From a virus (lineage: Duplodnaviria > Heunggongvirae > Uroviricota > Caudoviricetes), in the IMG/VR virus record IMGVR_UViG_2671180395_000017: DNA of 11,338 nucleotides; one strand, given 5' to 3'. The stretch's first letter is position 1. Every line of letters begins with the position of its first letter. The notes beneath the pieces are model-generated. The model saw only the letters and a list, made by a program, of their open reading frames with translations, had not been told where the DNA came from and made no database searches. The position numbers were made by a program, and so were the translations under genes. Positions 1 to 7,614 of this stretch are shown in pieces.

Positions 1-252
1 GCGCAGTTCACGATTTTCACGTTCCAGCTCTTTCAGACGCTGACGTTCAGCGGTGGTGAGTCCACCATCACCACTCCCGGTATCCCGCTCATGCTGACGA
101 ACCCACACACGCAGAGTCTCTGGTGTACAGCCAATCTTTGGGGCAATGGAACAAATTGCCGCCCATTGTGAGTCATATTCGCCCTGACTTTCCAGAACCA
201 TACGGACTGCCCGTTGACGGACCTCGGGGGAAAAACGTGTATTTTTAGTCAT
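1..252 (-). CDS. IS3-family transposase OrfA (helix-turn-helix N-terminal protein), 5' complete, 3' end beyond window start
   Basis: Minus-strand ATG at 252; the 84 codons translate to [84 protein letters not shown] with no stop before the window edge. HTH and leucine-zipper-like pattern typical of IS3-family OrfA. Confidence 0.85.
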   Translation of the reverse strand, partial: MTKNTRFSPEVRQRAVRMVLESQGEYDSQWAAICSIAPKIGCTPETLRVWVRQHERDTGSGDGGLTTAERQRLKELERENRELR

Positions 253-306
253 CCTGTTTACCTCTTTCTCAGGGAGTTTAGTCTCCAGGATTCCCGGGGC
301 GGTTCA
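1..306 (-). mobile_element. IS3-family insertion sequence, left end (IS629/IS1203-like); the rest lies beyond the window start
   Basis: Reverse complement of 253-306 reads TGAACCGCCCCGGGAATCCTGGAGACTAAACTCCCTGAGAAAGAGGTAAACAGG followed by ATGACTAAAAATACACG. From memory this matches the terminal inverted repeat and orfA start of IS629/IS1203-type elements (TG... terminus typical of the IS3 family). Element is oriented on the minus strand. Exact IS name not verified by search. Confidence 0.8.
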
Positions 307-839
307 ATCTGCTGGCCGGAACTAATGAATTTATTGGTGAAGGTGACGCATACATTCCGCCTCATACAGGTCTGCCAGCAAACAGTACCGATATTGCACC
401 GCCAGATATTCCGGCTGGCTTCGTGGCTGTTTTCAACAGTAATGAGGCATCGTGGCATCTCGTTGAAGATCATCGGGGTAAAACGGTTTATGACGTGGCT
501 TCCGGCGACGCGTTATTTATTTCTGAACTCGGTCCGTTACCGGAAAATGTTACCTGGTTGTCGCCGGATGGAGAGTGTCAGAAGTGGAACGGCACATCCT
601 GGGCGAAAGATGCAGAAGCAGAAAAACTGTTTCGGGTACGGGAGGCAGAAGAAACAAAAAACAGCCTGATGCAGGTAGCCAGTGAGCATATTGCGCCACT
701 TCAGGATGCCGTAGATTTGGATATTGCGACGGAGGAAGAGGCATCGTTACTGGCTGCATGGAAGACATATCGGGTATTGTTGAATCGTGTTGATACAACA
801 GTAGCAGCGGATGTTGAGTGGCCAGTCGCCCCACAATAA
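307..839 (+). pseudogene. tfa: Tail fiber assembly protein (Tfa family), 5'-truncated by the IS insertion; the first usable start in frame is GTG at 423 (ORF 423-839)
   Basis: Frame 0 translation from 303 reads [178 protein letters not shown]. This is recognisable as the lambdoid/e14 TfaE/TfaQ-type family, with a C-terminal pattern shared with P2 gpG. The reading frame runs straight into the IS terminus at 306, so about 15 N-terminal codons are missing. Confidence 0.8.
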
Positions 840-875
840 AAAGAAAAAGCCATCGACAGAAATATCGATGGCTTT
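836..875. terminator. Intergenic hairpin between convergent genes; likely rho-independent terminator, better for the minus-strand acetyltransferase transcript
   Basis: Inverted repeat AAAGCCATCGA (846-856) / TCGATGGCTTT (865-875) with an 8-nt loop. On the minus strand the stem is followed by TTTTTCTTTTT (complement of 836-846). On the plus strand it is followed only by TTTAT, so it is weaker for tfa. Confidence 0.55.
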
Positions 876-882
876 ATGTACT

Positions 883-1455
883 CTATTTATACAATACAAC
901 ACCACTCTTTTTAGTTATATATGTGCAGTTTGATGGTATATCTTTATTTATAAAAGACATTGCACCTATTTTTACATTATCCCCAATTTTACGTGATAAT
1001 CCAATGATGCAACAATTAGCTCCGATATCAACGTTACTACCAATTTTTACTCTTGAACTAGGCATATCACCATCTATCTGTCCAATGGTAGTATTCTGTC
1101 GTAATACCAGATTTTCACCCGCATCAACAGCAAAATGAACAACAATTCCAGCATGATGGGGAATTGTCAACCCTTTTCCAATATTTGCGCCCAATCCTAT
1201 TTCACAACCAAACTTGTTAATTATTTTACTGTTTAACTTTTTGGCTGCTTTCTTATGTAATTTATTACCATTAATATACATTTCGTTAGCCAACCGCCAC
1301 CAGAAAAGGAAATTCCGGTTACGCTGCTTTTTCTCTCTTAAAAGCCTCCAGATATCCATACGTTTCCGCCGAATTACTTCATGTTTCCAGAAGTTTTTTA
1401 AATTAGTAGAGTTTCCAAATAAAACAAAGTGAATTGCCATTAAGTAAGATAGCAC
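883..1455 (-). CDS. Hexapeptide-repeat O-acetyltransferase, serine acetyltransferase-like (CysE/WcaB family); cargo (moron) gene
   Basis: ORF track 883-1488. C-terminal half carries left-handed beta-helix hexapeptide repeats (GCEIGLGANIGKGLTIPHHAGIVVHFAVDAGENLVLRQNTTIGQ...IGSNVDIGANCCIIG...IGDNVKIGAMSFI). N-terminal helical region has the SAT-like pattern (FLFWWRLANEMYINGNKLHKKAAKKLNSKIINKFG). Preferred start is GTG at 1455, preceded by AAGGAG (complement of 1462-1467) with 6-nt spacing; alternative starts are GTG 1488 (longest) and ATG 1440. Region is visibly AT-rich compared with its neighbours. Confidence 0.75.
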   Translation of the reverse strand: MLSYLMAIHFVLFGNSTNLKNFWKHEVIRRKRMDIWRLLREKKQRNRNFLFWWRLANEMYINGNKLHKKAAKKLNSKIINKFGCEIGLGANIGKGLTIPHHAGIVVHFAVDAGENLVLRQNTTIGQIDGDMPSSRVKIGSNVDIGANCCIIGLSRKIGDNVKIGAMSFINKDIPSNCTYITKKSGVVLYK

Positions 1456-1506
1456 GATAATCTCCTTAATTATTATTTCAGACCACACATGTTATAAGGT
1501 TAAGAG

Positions 1507-1535
1507 ATTATAAAATCCTGTTATTTGTTATTCAA
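1507..1535 (-). promoter_or_regulatory. Candidate sigma70 promoter for the acetyltransferase gene
   Basis: Minus strand reads TTGAAT (complement of 1530-1535), a 17-nt spacer, then TATAAT (complement of 1507-1512). The -10 is perfect consensus and the -35 matches 4 of 6. It sits about 50 nt upstream of the proposed GTG start at 1455. Not experimentally supported. Confidence 0.5.
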
Positions 1536-1611
1536 AAACAATTTTCTGAGAAGGACATACAACAGCAAGTCGCCAGTCACCTTCATCAGGAAATTGGCGA
1601 CATACGTTAAA

Positions 1612-2106
1612 TCAGAGCAGCCCCTTAACTGAGCTGGCCGCGCTATTAAGGGATGATGTCACCTTATCTTTGAAGCCGGACAGCATATCGCTGAACGATG
1701 AGGATTGCAGGCGCTCCCGCAAATCCTCATCACAGCGTTCAAGAGTCAGTGAAAATTCTATCTTTTTCGCCTTACCGTAGCGATCAAACTCGGAGCGGGT
1801 CGTATTCGTTCCGGTCAGGACATACATGCCGTAAATCTGCCCGACGCCATCAATCAAAGGCCAAGGACGTCCTGTATATGCCTGCGTGGTCAACAACGAC
1901 AGCGACACTTCGCCACCAGTAATCTCAGGATAAAGAACACCAGAAAGAACGATGCGATCATCACCTGCACCGATATACTGCCAGCTTGCTGAACGGTTAA
2001 CGCGTTCATTTTTCACATGTCGCCAGCTTTTGTTTTGCTGTAACTGCTGATGCGGCAACGTGCGCAGCTCAAAAACAAACATGCCGTAGATCATCATCAT
2101 GGCCAT
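1612..2106 (-). CDS. P2 gpU-like tail protein
   Basis: 164-aa ORF immediately downstream of the tape measure gene (T stop at 2113-2115, U ATG at 2106, GGAG in the 6-nt spacer). Size and position match P2 gene U; N-terminus MAMMMIYGMFVFEL... resembles the gpU start. Alternative start at the internal ATG run. Confidence 0.75.
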   Translation of the reverse strand: MAMMMIYGMFVFELRTLPHQQLQQNKSWRHVKNERVNRSASWQYIGAGDDRIVLSGVLYPEITGGEVSLSLLTTQAYTGRPWPLIDGVGQIYGMYVLTGTNTTRSEFDRYGKAKKIEFSLTLERCDEDLRERLQSSSFSDMLSGFKDKVTSSLNSAASSVKGLL

Positions 2107-2112
2107 GACTCC

Positions 2113-2949
2113 TCAATCTTTATCGTAAAAACTGCCACGCCTGGCACGGGCGCGCCGTTCCATTTCTGCCCTGACCATTTCGCCGACCAGTTTCGCCAGT
2201 TCGCGGGGATTCTGCGTAACAACGTTATGCAGATGAACATGAATTTCACCGCCAAATCCGGAGGCAACAGGCTCCCGGTTACGGGAAGTTGCAGGAACTG
2301 ATGCCACTGGCGATCGTATGGCCTCCACCACCGGGCGGGAGCTGGCCGCAACAACAGGGACCAGCGCCGGAGGCAGCGGAGCCGGGACCACGGGTGTGAT
2401 ATTAATTGCGGGGGCAGGCTTACTGACCTGCGCAATCTTCCGCTCCTGCCACTCCCCACGAACAGCAAGTGCGCGGGGCAGGTTCTTAAAGACAATATCG
2501 CCGGGGCCAATGCGTTTTTTTGTCTCATCAACCAGCTTACCTGTGTTATCAGCAATTTTGCTGAGTCTGCGTAGCGTGCCGGTATTGCTGTCTGTGAGAG
2601 GTTTGTTGTCTTTGGGTTTATCATCTCCGGTGCCATTGCTATTTCCCGCAGACTTCGGCGGATTGATTTTCGCAATGTCTCCCTGAAACAGAGCAACCTT
2701 GTCCTGAAGAATGGCCGCACGTTGTGCGTCTTCGATTTTCTTGCGCGCCCTTTCCGCTTCATCCGGAAGCACACCGAGTTTTTCAAGTATCCACGCCAGC
2801 GTATCCAGCAACATTTTTGCAGGCGTCAGAACAAGCTGTAACGCACCACCAAGAACGTTACCGAATACCTCGCCAGCACTGGTACATTTATCCAGCGTTT
2901 CCTTGCTGGACTCCATCGGTGACAGCAGCGATTTAAACCAGTTAAACAC
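2113..2949 (-). CDS. Tail tape measure protein (P2 gpT-like), C-terminal fragment; same gene as 2826-4952, separated by a frameshift
   Basis: 278-aa ORF in the -1 frame relative to the upstream tape measure ORF, overlapping it by about 120 nt with no intergenic space or convincing start signal. Natural-looking sequence (Pro/Ala-rich linker, C-terminal ...EMERRARARRGSFYDKD). The ORF-track start at 2949 is a GTG. Confidence 0.8.
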   Translation of the reverse strand: MFNWFKSLLSPMESSKETLDKCTSAGEVFGNVLGGALQLVLTPAKMLLDTLAWILEKLGVLPDEAERARKKIEDAQRAAILQDKVALFQGDIAKINPPKSAGNSNGTGDDKPKDNKPLTDSNTGTLRRLSKIADNTGKLVDETKKRIGPGDIVFKNLPRALAVRGEWQERKIAQVSKPAPAINITPVVPAPLPPALVPVVAASSRPVVEAIRSPVASVPATSRNREPVASGFGGEIHVHLHNVVTQNPRELAKLVGEMVRAEMERRARARRGSFYDKD

Positions 2950-4952
2950 CTGGCTGAACCGCTTCCGATTACGTCAAAAACAGGGCCAAACCGTTCAAAG
3001 GTGTCGCGCAACGGGGTCAGCCTTTCCATAATCCCGCTGAACACCCCGGCAAAGAAAGCCCTGATAGGATCCCAGTATTTCCAGATAAGAACGGCAGCTC
3101 CGGCAAGCGCAGCCACGATAAGACCAACCGGACTGAACAACGCCCCGATAACGCCTCCCAGTAAAGAAACGGAACCCGTCACCATTCCCCATAGCGCAGG
3201 TAACACCCTGACGACATTCATTGACCGGGTAAGAATGTCAAAACCAAGACGCAGGGTGGCCAGCTTCCCGTAAAGCACCCCAATAACCAGCGACAACGAG
3301 CCAATCGTTGCAGTCATTGCCAGCAACGCACCGCCTGCTATCAGTAGCTGGCGCGTCAGTACCGGATGAGCCTGCGCCAGCGAGGTGATTTTTTCAAGCA
3401 CCCGCGTGAGCCACTGCGTGACAGAACGCAGCGGACCGTCAACCAGATCACTGATGCGAATACGAAGACCTTCCCATGCGCTGTCGAGATTTTTCAGGTC
3501 CCCATCAAGATTATCAGCCATTACTTTTGCGACGCGATCGGCCTCTCCCCTTGCCCCCTGCAATTCTCTGGTCAGTTTTTGCAGCTCTCCTGAACCAGCC
3601 GCCGCAACAAGCGTCTGCAAACCAACGAACGCCTCTTCTCCGGCGATGTCCTTGAAGAAGGAGACCTGGTCCACCTGTCCGTATTTTTGTGTCGCCTTAT
3701 AGAGATCAAGCAGCACATCCTCCATCGGGCGCATTTTGCCTCTGGCGTCAGCAACTGACACCCCCAGCTCTTTCAGTGCATCAGCCGCAGCTTTTGGCGG
3801 TGATGCAAGGCGGGACAGACTTGCGCGCATGGCCGTGCCAGCATCGCTTCCGCGAAGACCATTATTGGCAAGCATCCCGGCCATGGCCGCCGCTTCTTCA
3901 AGACTGATACCAAGTTTTGCGGCAACCGGACCGGTATACTTCATGGTTTCGCCCAGCGCGCGTAAATCAGTATTGGTCCGGGTAAATGCTGCTGTCAGCG
4001 TATCGCCCACCCGGTCCATTTGATCGGCTGTCAGGTTGAACTGTGTGAGGATATTGGAGCCTATATCAGCCGTCTCGCCGAGTTCGACGCCACCTGCCAG
4101 CGCCATATTAAGAACACCGGGCAATGCGGCCTGAATGGCCTGCGGAGTAAAACCAGCCATTGCCAGAAAGCTCTGCCCACTGGCGGCATCACTCGCAGTA
4201 AACTGTGTTTCAGCAAGTTTTAACGCCTGCTCACGCAGCGCCTTAAACTGCGGGCTGTTTTTGTCGATTCGCGTCAGTGCCTGAACGCGGGACATCTCTT
4301 TGCCGAACCCGATCGCAGGCTGCAAAAAACGCCCGGCAGCATAGCCGCCCGCCGCTGCCGCACCAATTGCCAGCGCACCACCTGTTTTCAGTTTTCCCGC
4401 GGTTTCCTGCGCGTGCGAATACCGCTCACGCGCCTGCGTTACACGCGCAAGCGCCTGCCGTTCGCGTTCAAGCTGGTTGTTGTATTGTTCGGTGCGTCTG
4501 ATGGCCTGCTGAATGGTGTTATCGCTGCCTGTCAGGGAAATGCCGTGGCGTTTCAGCTCTCCGCCAAGTTCCCTCATTTTCTGAATTTCCCGTGTGCGCG
4601 ATTCATTCAGGCGTTCAAGCCGGGTGCTTAACTGCTGCATCAGCTTTTGTTGTTTTTCGCTGAGCACTGTACCCGTGCGTTGTAACTGATTAAGGGCGTT
4701 AAGCTGGCGTCGTGCTTTCACGATGCCAGCATCCGCTTTACTGACAGCGTCGCGGGCGCGCTCAAATGATCGCGCCTGACGCTCGAGATTTTTGATCGCC
4801 CCCTGCGTTCGCTGGATGGAGTCACCAAACTGCCCCATCAGGCGGCGTGCGTTTTCGGCAGGTCGGGTCAGCCTGTCAACGGCGCTGAAAGCGACCCGGA
4901 TATCAAGAGTCTTCATTGTCTGCATTCCCGCTGCGAAGTGCCGCCCGCTCAC
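2826..4952 (-). CDS. Tail tape measure protein (P2 gpT-like), N-terminal fragment; last 40-50 codons are out-of-frame read-through
   Basis: 708-aa ORF. Long coiled-coil-like Q/R/E/L-rich N-terminal region, Ala/Gly-rich repeats, and C-terminal hydrophobic segments typical of tape measure proteins. Sits between E+E' and U as in P2. True start is probably ATG at 4916 (MKTLDIRV...) or 4925 rather than GTG at 4952. The tail (...SARCLTGLNRCCHRWSPARKRW...) looks like frame noise. Confidence 0.85.
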   Translation of the reverse strand: MSGRHFAAGMQTMKTLDIRVAFSAVDRLTRPAENARRLMGQFGDSIQRTQGAIKNLERQARSFERARDAVSKADAGIVKARRQLNALNQLQRTGTVLSEKQQKLMQQLSTRLERLNESRTREIQKMRELGGELKRHGISLTGSDNTIQQAIRRTEQYNNQLERERQALARVTQARERYSHAQETAGKLKTGGALAIGAAAAGGYAAGRFLQPAIGFGKEMSRVQALTRIDKNSPQFKALREQALKLAETQFTASDAASGQSFLAMAGFTPQAIQAALPGVLNMALAGGVELGETADIGSNILTQFNLTADQMDRVGDTLTAAFTRTNTDLRALGETMKYTGPVAAKLGISLEEAAAMAGMLANNGLRGSDAGTAMRASLSRLASPPKAAADALKELGVSVADARGKMRPMEDVLLDLYKATQKYGQVDQVSFFKDIAGEEAFVGLQTLVAAAGSGELQKLTRELQGARGEADRVAKVMADNLDGDLKNLDSAWEGLRIRISDLVDGPLRSVTQWLTRVLEKITSLAQAHPVLTRQLLIAGGALLAMTATIGSLSLVIGVLYGKLATLRLGFDILTRSMNVVRVLPALWGMVTGSVSLLGGVIGALFSPVGLIVAALAGAAVLIWKYWDPIRAFFAGVFSGIMERLTPLRDTFERFGPVFDVIGSGSARCLTGLNRCCHRWSPARKRWINVPVLARYSVTFLVVRYSLF

Positions 4953-5432
4953 GCCAGCTAACCACTTCGCCGGGCGTCATCATGAAGATTTCGGCGGGCG
5001 ACCAGTTAAAAATAACGGCAATATCTGCCACAAAGTCTTCTATGTGCTCAAAGCACACAACCGTGATCAGGCTTCCGTCGCCTGTTCGTTCTTCCCGCCA
5101 GAGTCCGCACCGCTCAAAAAATTTACGGCAACCACACATAACTGAATAAAGTCACGGGATGCCATTTTTTTGATCGTCACTTCATCCAGTCGCGGTGATG
5201 TCACGCGTGACAGCAGCGTAAACATGGATTCCGCTTTCAGATTCAGCACATCAGACAGCGACAAATCTCGCAGAGATCCAGCCTGCTCAATAGCCCCGGT
5301 GATCTCCACATACGTGATTTTTTCGCCGCCTCGCTCAATTGGTTGGGTAAGTTTTACACCACGCTCACTGGTTTCTTTCACAGTGTCAGTAACTACCGTG
5401 TTTTCGGTATCGATGTTTTTCGTCTCTTTCAT
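4903..5432 (-). CDS. E+E' fusion product made by programmed -1 ribosomal frameshift (P2 E/E' equivalent)
   Basis: The -1 frame is open from the slippery site to 4903 (ORF-track 4903-5139, ...KFFERCGLWREERTGDGSLITVVCFEHIEDFVADIAVIFNWSPAEIFMMTPGEVVSWRERAALRSGNADNEDS). Its end overlaps the tape measure start, the arrangement seen in P2 and in lambda G/GT. Confidence 0.7.
5067..5432 (-). CDS. P2 gpE-like tail assembly chaperone (short product)
   Basis: 121-aa ORF with ATG at 5432 preceded by AGGAG at 7-nt spacing. Lies between the tube gene and the tape measure gene and contains the T_TTT_TTG slippery site near its 3' end. Confidence 0.8.
   Translation of the reverse strand: MKETKNIDTENTVVTDTVKETSERGVKLTQPIERGGEKITYVEITGAIEQAGSLRDLSLSDVLNLKAESMFTLLSRVTSPRLDEVTIKKMASRDFIQLCVVAVNFLSGADSGGKNEQATEA
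5115..5121 (-). other. Programmed -1 frameshift slippery heptamer T_TTT_TTG
   Basis: Minus-strand sequence GTA AAT TTT TTG AGC in the E frame; the heptamer T TTT TTG (complement of 5115-5121) is in the X_XXY_YYZ register and the -1 frame downstream is open. Confidence 0.7.
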
Positions 5433-5486
5433 CAGGAAACTCCTTTCAGTCAGAGGCGACGCACTGCGCCGCCTGCATATTACTTA

Positions 5487-5999
5487 TCAGCCAAGCCCAA
5501 GCGCGGAACGGATGCGATCGGGCACAATGTCCTTGCCGTCCTTCCGGTAAATGAAGTTCAGCAGGTCAATCTCCCACAACGGGCGATCGTTAACACTCAG
5601 CTTGTAGTAGGTGTTTTTAATGGCGTAAGTGTGTGATGTGGCTTCGCCCTGTTTGGCTTCCCCCATATCAATTTCCGTCACACGTCCGCGCATTTCGACT
5701 TCATACAGGTCGCTTTCATCATCGGTGTAGTATTCCCCCGCAAAACGCAGTAGCGTGCCGTCAATCGTGCCGCCATACTTCAGGAACAGCTCACGAACTG
5801 CGCCCCCCATGACAAAGCTCGCATCAAGCGCGGAGTCGTCCAGGCCGAGGTCAATACTTACCGCACCCATCATGCCACCACCCCGGTAGCTGTCGGTTTT
5901 GCGCGTCAGTTTAGGCAGGGTGACGGACGTCACCTTACCCACTTCGTTTTCACCATCCACAAACAGCGTAAAAAAGCGAAGATGTTTTGGTACAGCCAT
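5487..5999 (-). CDS. Tail tube protein (P2 FII-like)
   Basis: 170-aa ORF immediately after the sheath gene; the sheath stop TGA and the tube start ATG share one nucleotide at 5999 (TGATG). Size and position match P2 FII. Confidence 0.9.
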   Translation of the reverse strand: MAVPKHLRFFTLFVDGENEVGKVTSVTLPKLTRKTDSYRGGGMMGAVSIDLGLDDSALDASFVMGGAVRELFLKYGGTIDGTLLRFAGEYYTDDESDLYEVEMRGRVTEIDMGEAKQGEATSHTYAIKNTYYKLSVNDRPLWEIDLLNFIYRKDGKDIVPDRIRSALGLG

Positions 6000-7183
6000 C
6001 AGGCACCTCCCAGCACCGCAAATGCGGGACCAAAGAATTCATCAGTAAACGACTGGTAAAGCTCCATGTCTTCCAGCGGAGGAACGGGCGTATATTTGTA
6101 GCGAATACGCACACGCCCCTGACGTAAATTCGTGGTGCTGTTATCCTCGATGTCATACCAGCACTCCGCGCCAATCAGTTTCCCGGCAGTAACCAGTGAA
6201 TCCAGTTTTGCCCTGATGGCACTGATAACATCCTTCACGTTCGCAGGTGTCAGTGGACTGTCGATGGTTTCAAACTGCGCTTCCGCAATTGAATCAGCCA
6301 GCACCTGTGCGGTTCGGGTATACACCTCAAAGATGTAGGCGTTCGTTTCCGGTGTGCGGTTGCCCCAGAAGCGGAACCCGTTGCGACGAATAATGGTCGT
6401 GATTTCTTTGTTGTTGAGGCTGTTGGCATCACTGTCTTCGGCCTGCAACGACCAGAACACATGCCTCGACATCCCAAGCACATTTTTAACCGGAACGTTG
6501 GACAGCGATTTGTGCCAGCCCTGCTCATGGTCAATGTACGCACGAAGGCCGCACGCATAAGCAGGCGCGGGGAACGTTTCGTTTTTGCCACTTTTCAGGT
6601 TGTAGGCGATGAAGTCAGGCCATAAGAGCATCACCTCACGTTCGTTGAATTTCTGGCGGTAGGTAATCGCCTCAGCCATCGTGTTACAACCATGACATGT
6701 GGCATACACAAACGCGCGCAGTTTACCCGCAATCACGCACAGGGATTTTGTTACCGCCTCCGTGTCCAGCTCCGGCGCGGCCAGAATACGCGGACGGTAT
6801 CCGATGCTTTCATCCTGCTCTGCAACAAGCAGCGCATACATCCCCGTATAGCTGCCGTCAGATTCAGAACCACCGATAACCAGTTGATCCTGCGTCTTAC
6901 CGCCTTCTTCTTTGTGTTCAGCCACGCGAACGACGATCACTTTTGTGCTCACCTGGTCTGCGATAGCCTTAAGCGCACGATAAAGCGTCCCCGTAGTCCC
7001 GCATTTTCCCAGCACGTCATTGACGCGGGTCAGCAGTGTGGGCTTGTTCAGCGGGAACAGCTCCGCGTCCGCATCATCTGCCGTTGCCACGATACCGATA
7101 ACACTGGAATCAACATCATTAATCGCTGTTACCAGGTCGGTACTTTCCGTAACACGGGCACCATGAAAACGAGTTTCACTCAT
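5999..7183 (-). CDS. Contractile tail sheath protein (P2 FI-like)
   Basis: 394-aa ORF with ATG at 7183 preceded by AAGGGG at about 8-nt spacing. Size and order (sheath, tube, E/E', T, U) are those of the P2 FI gene. Confidence 0.9.
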   Translation of the reverse strand: MSETRFHGARVTESTDLVTAINDVDSSVIGIVATADDADAELFPLNKPTLLTRVNDVLGKCGTTGTLYRALKAIADQVSTKVIVVRVAEHKEEGGKTQDQLVIGGSESDGSYTGMYALLVAEQDESIGYRPRILAAPELDTEAVTKSLCVIAGKLRAFVYATCHGCNTMAEAITYRQKFNEREVMLLWPDFIAYNLKSGKNETFPAPAYACGLRAYIDHEQGWHKSLSNVPVKNVLGMSRHVFWSLQAEDSDANSLNNKEITTIIRRNGFRFWGNRTPETNAYIFEVYTRTAQVLADSIAEAQFETIDSPLTPANVKDVISAIRAKLDSLVTAGKLIGAECWYDIEDNSTTNLRQGRVRIRYKYTPVPPLEDMELYQSFTDEFFGPAFAVLGGA

Positions 7184-7340
7184 AGCTTCAGCCCCTTGTA
7201 TCCGTTAAATGATTCGGCAACAATCATCACCCACCACGCGCGTAATCTCACCCCTGCGCCGTTCTCCCGCCACGGCGACAACAAAAAGCAGTAACCCCCT
7301 CCGCACGCACATGCGACCATGCCGCACAGGGAGGGAACAG

Positions 7341-7607
7341 ATGACCGACACCACCATGCAATTGCTCAGTCAGGGCACAGACCACGTGAAAGTGCCGGAT
7401 TTTGATATTCTCGCGGAGGGTAAAACGCTGTCAGGCGTGGCAGAGCGCCTGATGAGCCTGTCACTGACCGACAACCGGGGATTTGAGGCGGACCAGCTCA
7501 CCATCACGCTGGATGATGCAGATGGTCAGTTGCAGCTACCGCCACGGGGCGCGCGCCTGACGGTTCTCATTGGCTGGAAAGGAGAACCGCTGACAGAAAA
7601 AGGCACT
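7341..7607 (+). pseudogene. P2 gene D-like tail protein, 5' fragment (89 codons) truncated by IS30
   Basis: ATG at 7341 preceded by GGGAGGGAA. Translation MTDTTMQLLSQGTDHVKVPDFDILAEGKTLSGVAERLMSLSLTDNRGFEADQLTITLDDADGQLQLPPRGARLTVLIGWKGEPLTEKGT carries the gpD N-terminal motif LTDNRGFEADQL...LDDADGQ...LP.RGA.L. The frame runs directly into the IS30 inverted repeat at 7608. Confidence 0.8.
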
Positions 7608-7614
7608 TGTAGAT

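Noticed and set aside
214-669. ORFs 214-669 (+) and 258-473 (-) spanning the IS/tfa junction
   Set aside because: They cross the IS terminus and are out of frame with both the IS3-family orfA and tfa; junction artefacts.
818-1432. Plus-strand ORFs 818-1138 and 1214-1432 antisense to the acetyltransferase gene
   Set aside because: Low-complexity, AT-rich translations with no start signals, fully embedded antisense to a well-supported CDS; typical shadow ORFs of AT-rich DNA.
1541-1611. Possible terminator hairpin after U (GTCGCCA ... TGGCGAC)
   Set aside because: Only a 7-bp stem with a 19-nt loop and no clear U-tract; too weak to call.
2097-4631. Alternative-frame ORFs inside the tape measure gene (e.g. 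2097-2786, 2318-2686, 3001-3273, 3385-3702, 3736-4023, 4277-4501, 4413-4631)
   Set aside because: GC-rich shadow frames within a long, well-supported CDS; Arg/Pro/Ser-rich translations with no start signals.
5455-5473. GC-rich imperfect palindrome GGCGACGCACTGCGCCGCC between the tube and E genes
   Set aside because: Stem has a mismatch and essentially no loop, and no U-tract follows on the coding strand; not a credible terminator.
6132-7294. ORFs 6250-6591 (-), 6692-7294 (+) and smaller ones overlapping the sheath gene
   Set aside because: Embedded in or antisense to the sheath CDS; no independent support.
7209-7340. N-terminal extension of gene D starting at 7209
   Set aside because: The extension is Pro/Arg/Thr-rich with no ribosome-binding site, whereas ATG 7341 has GGGAGGGAA upstream and begins the recognisable gpD N-terminus.
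7184-7340. Ogr/Delta-type late promoter (TGT-N12-ACA) between divergent FI and D
   Set aside because: Scanning the 157-bp intergenic region found only TGT-N20-ACA (about 7197-7225), not the N12 spacing expected for P2-type late activators; no convincing match.
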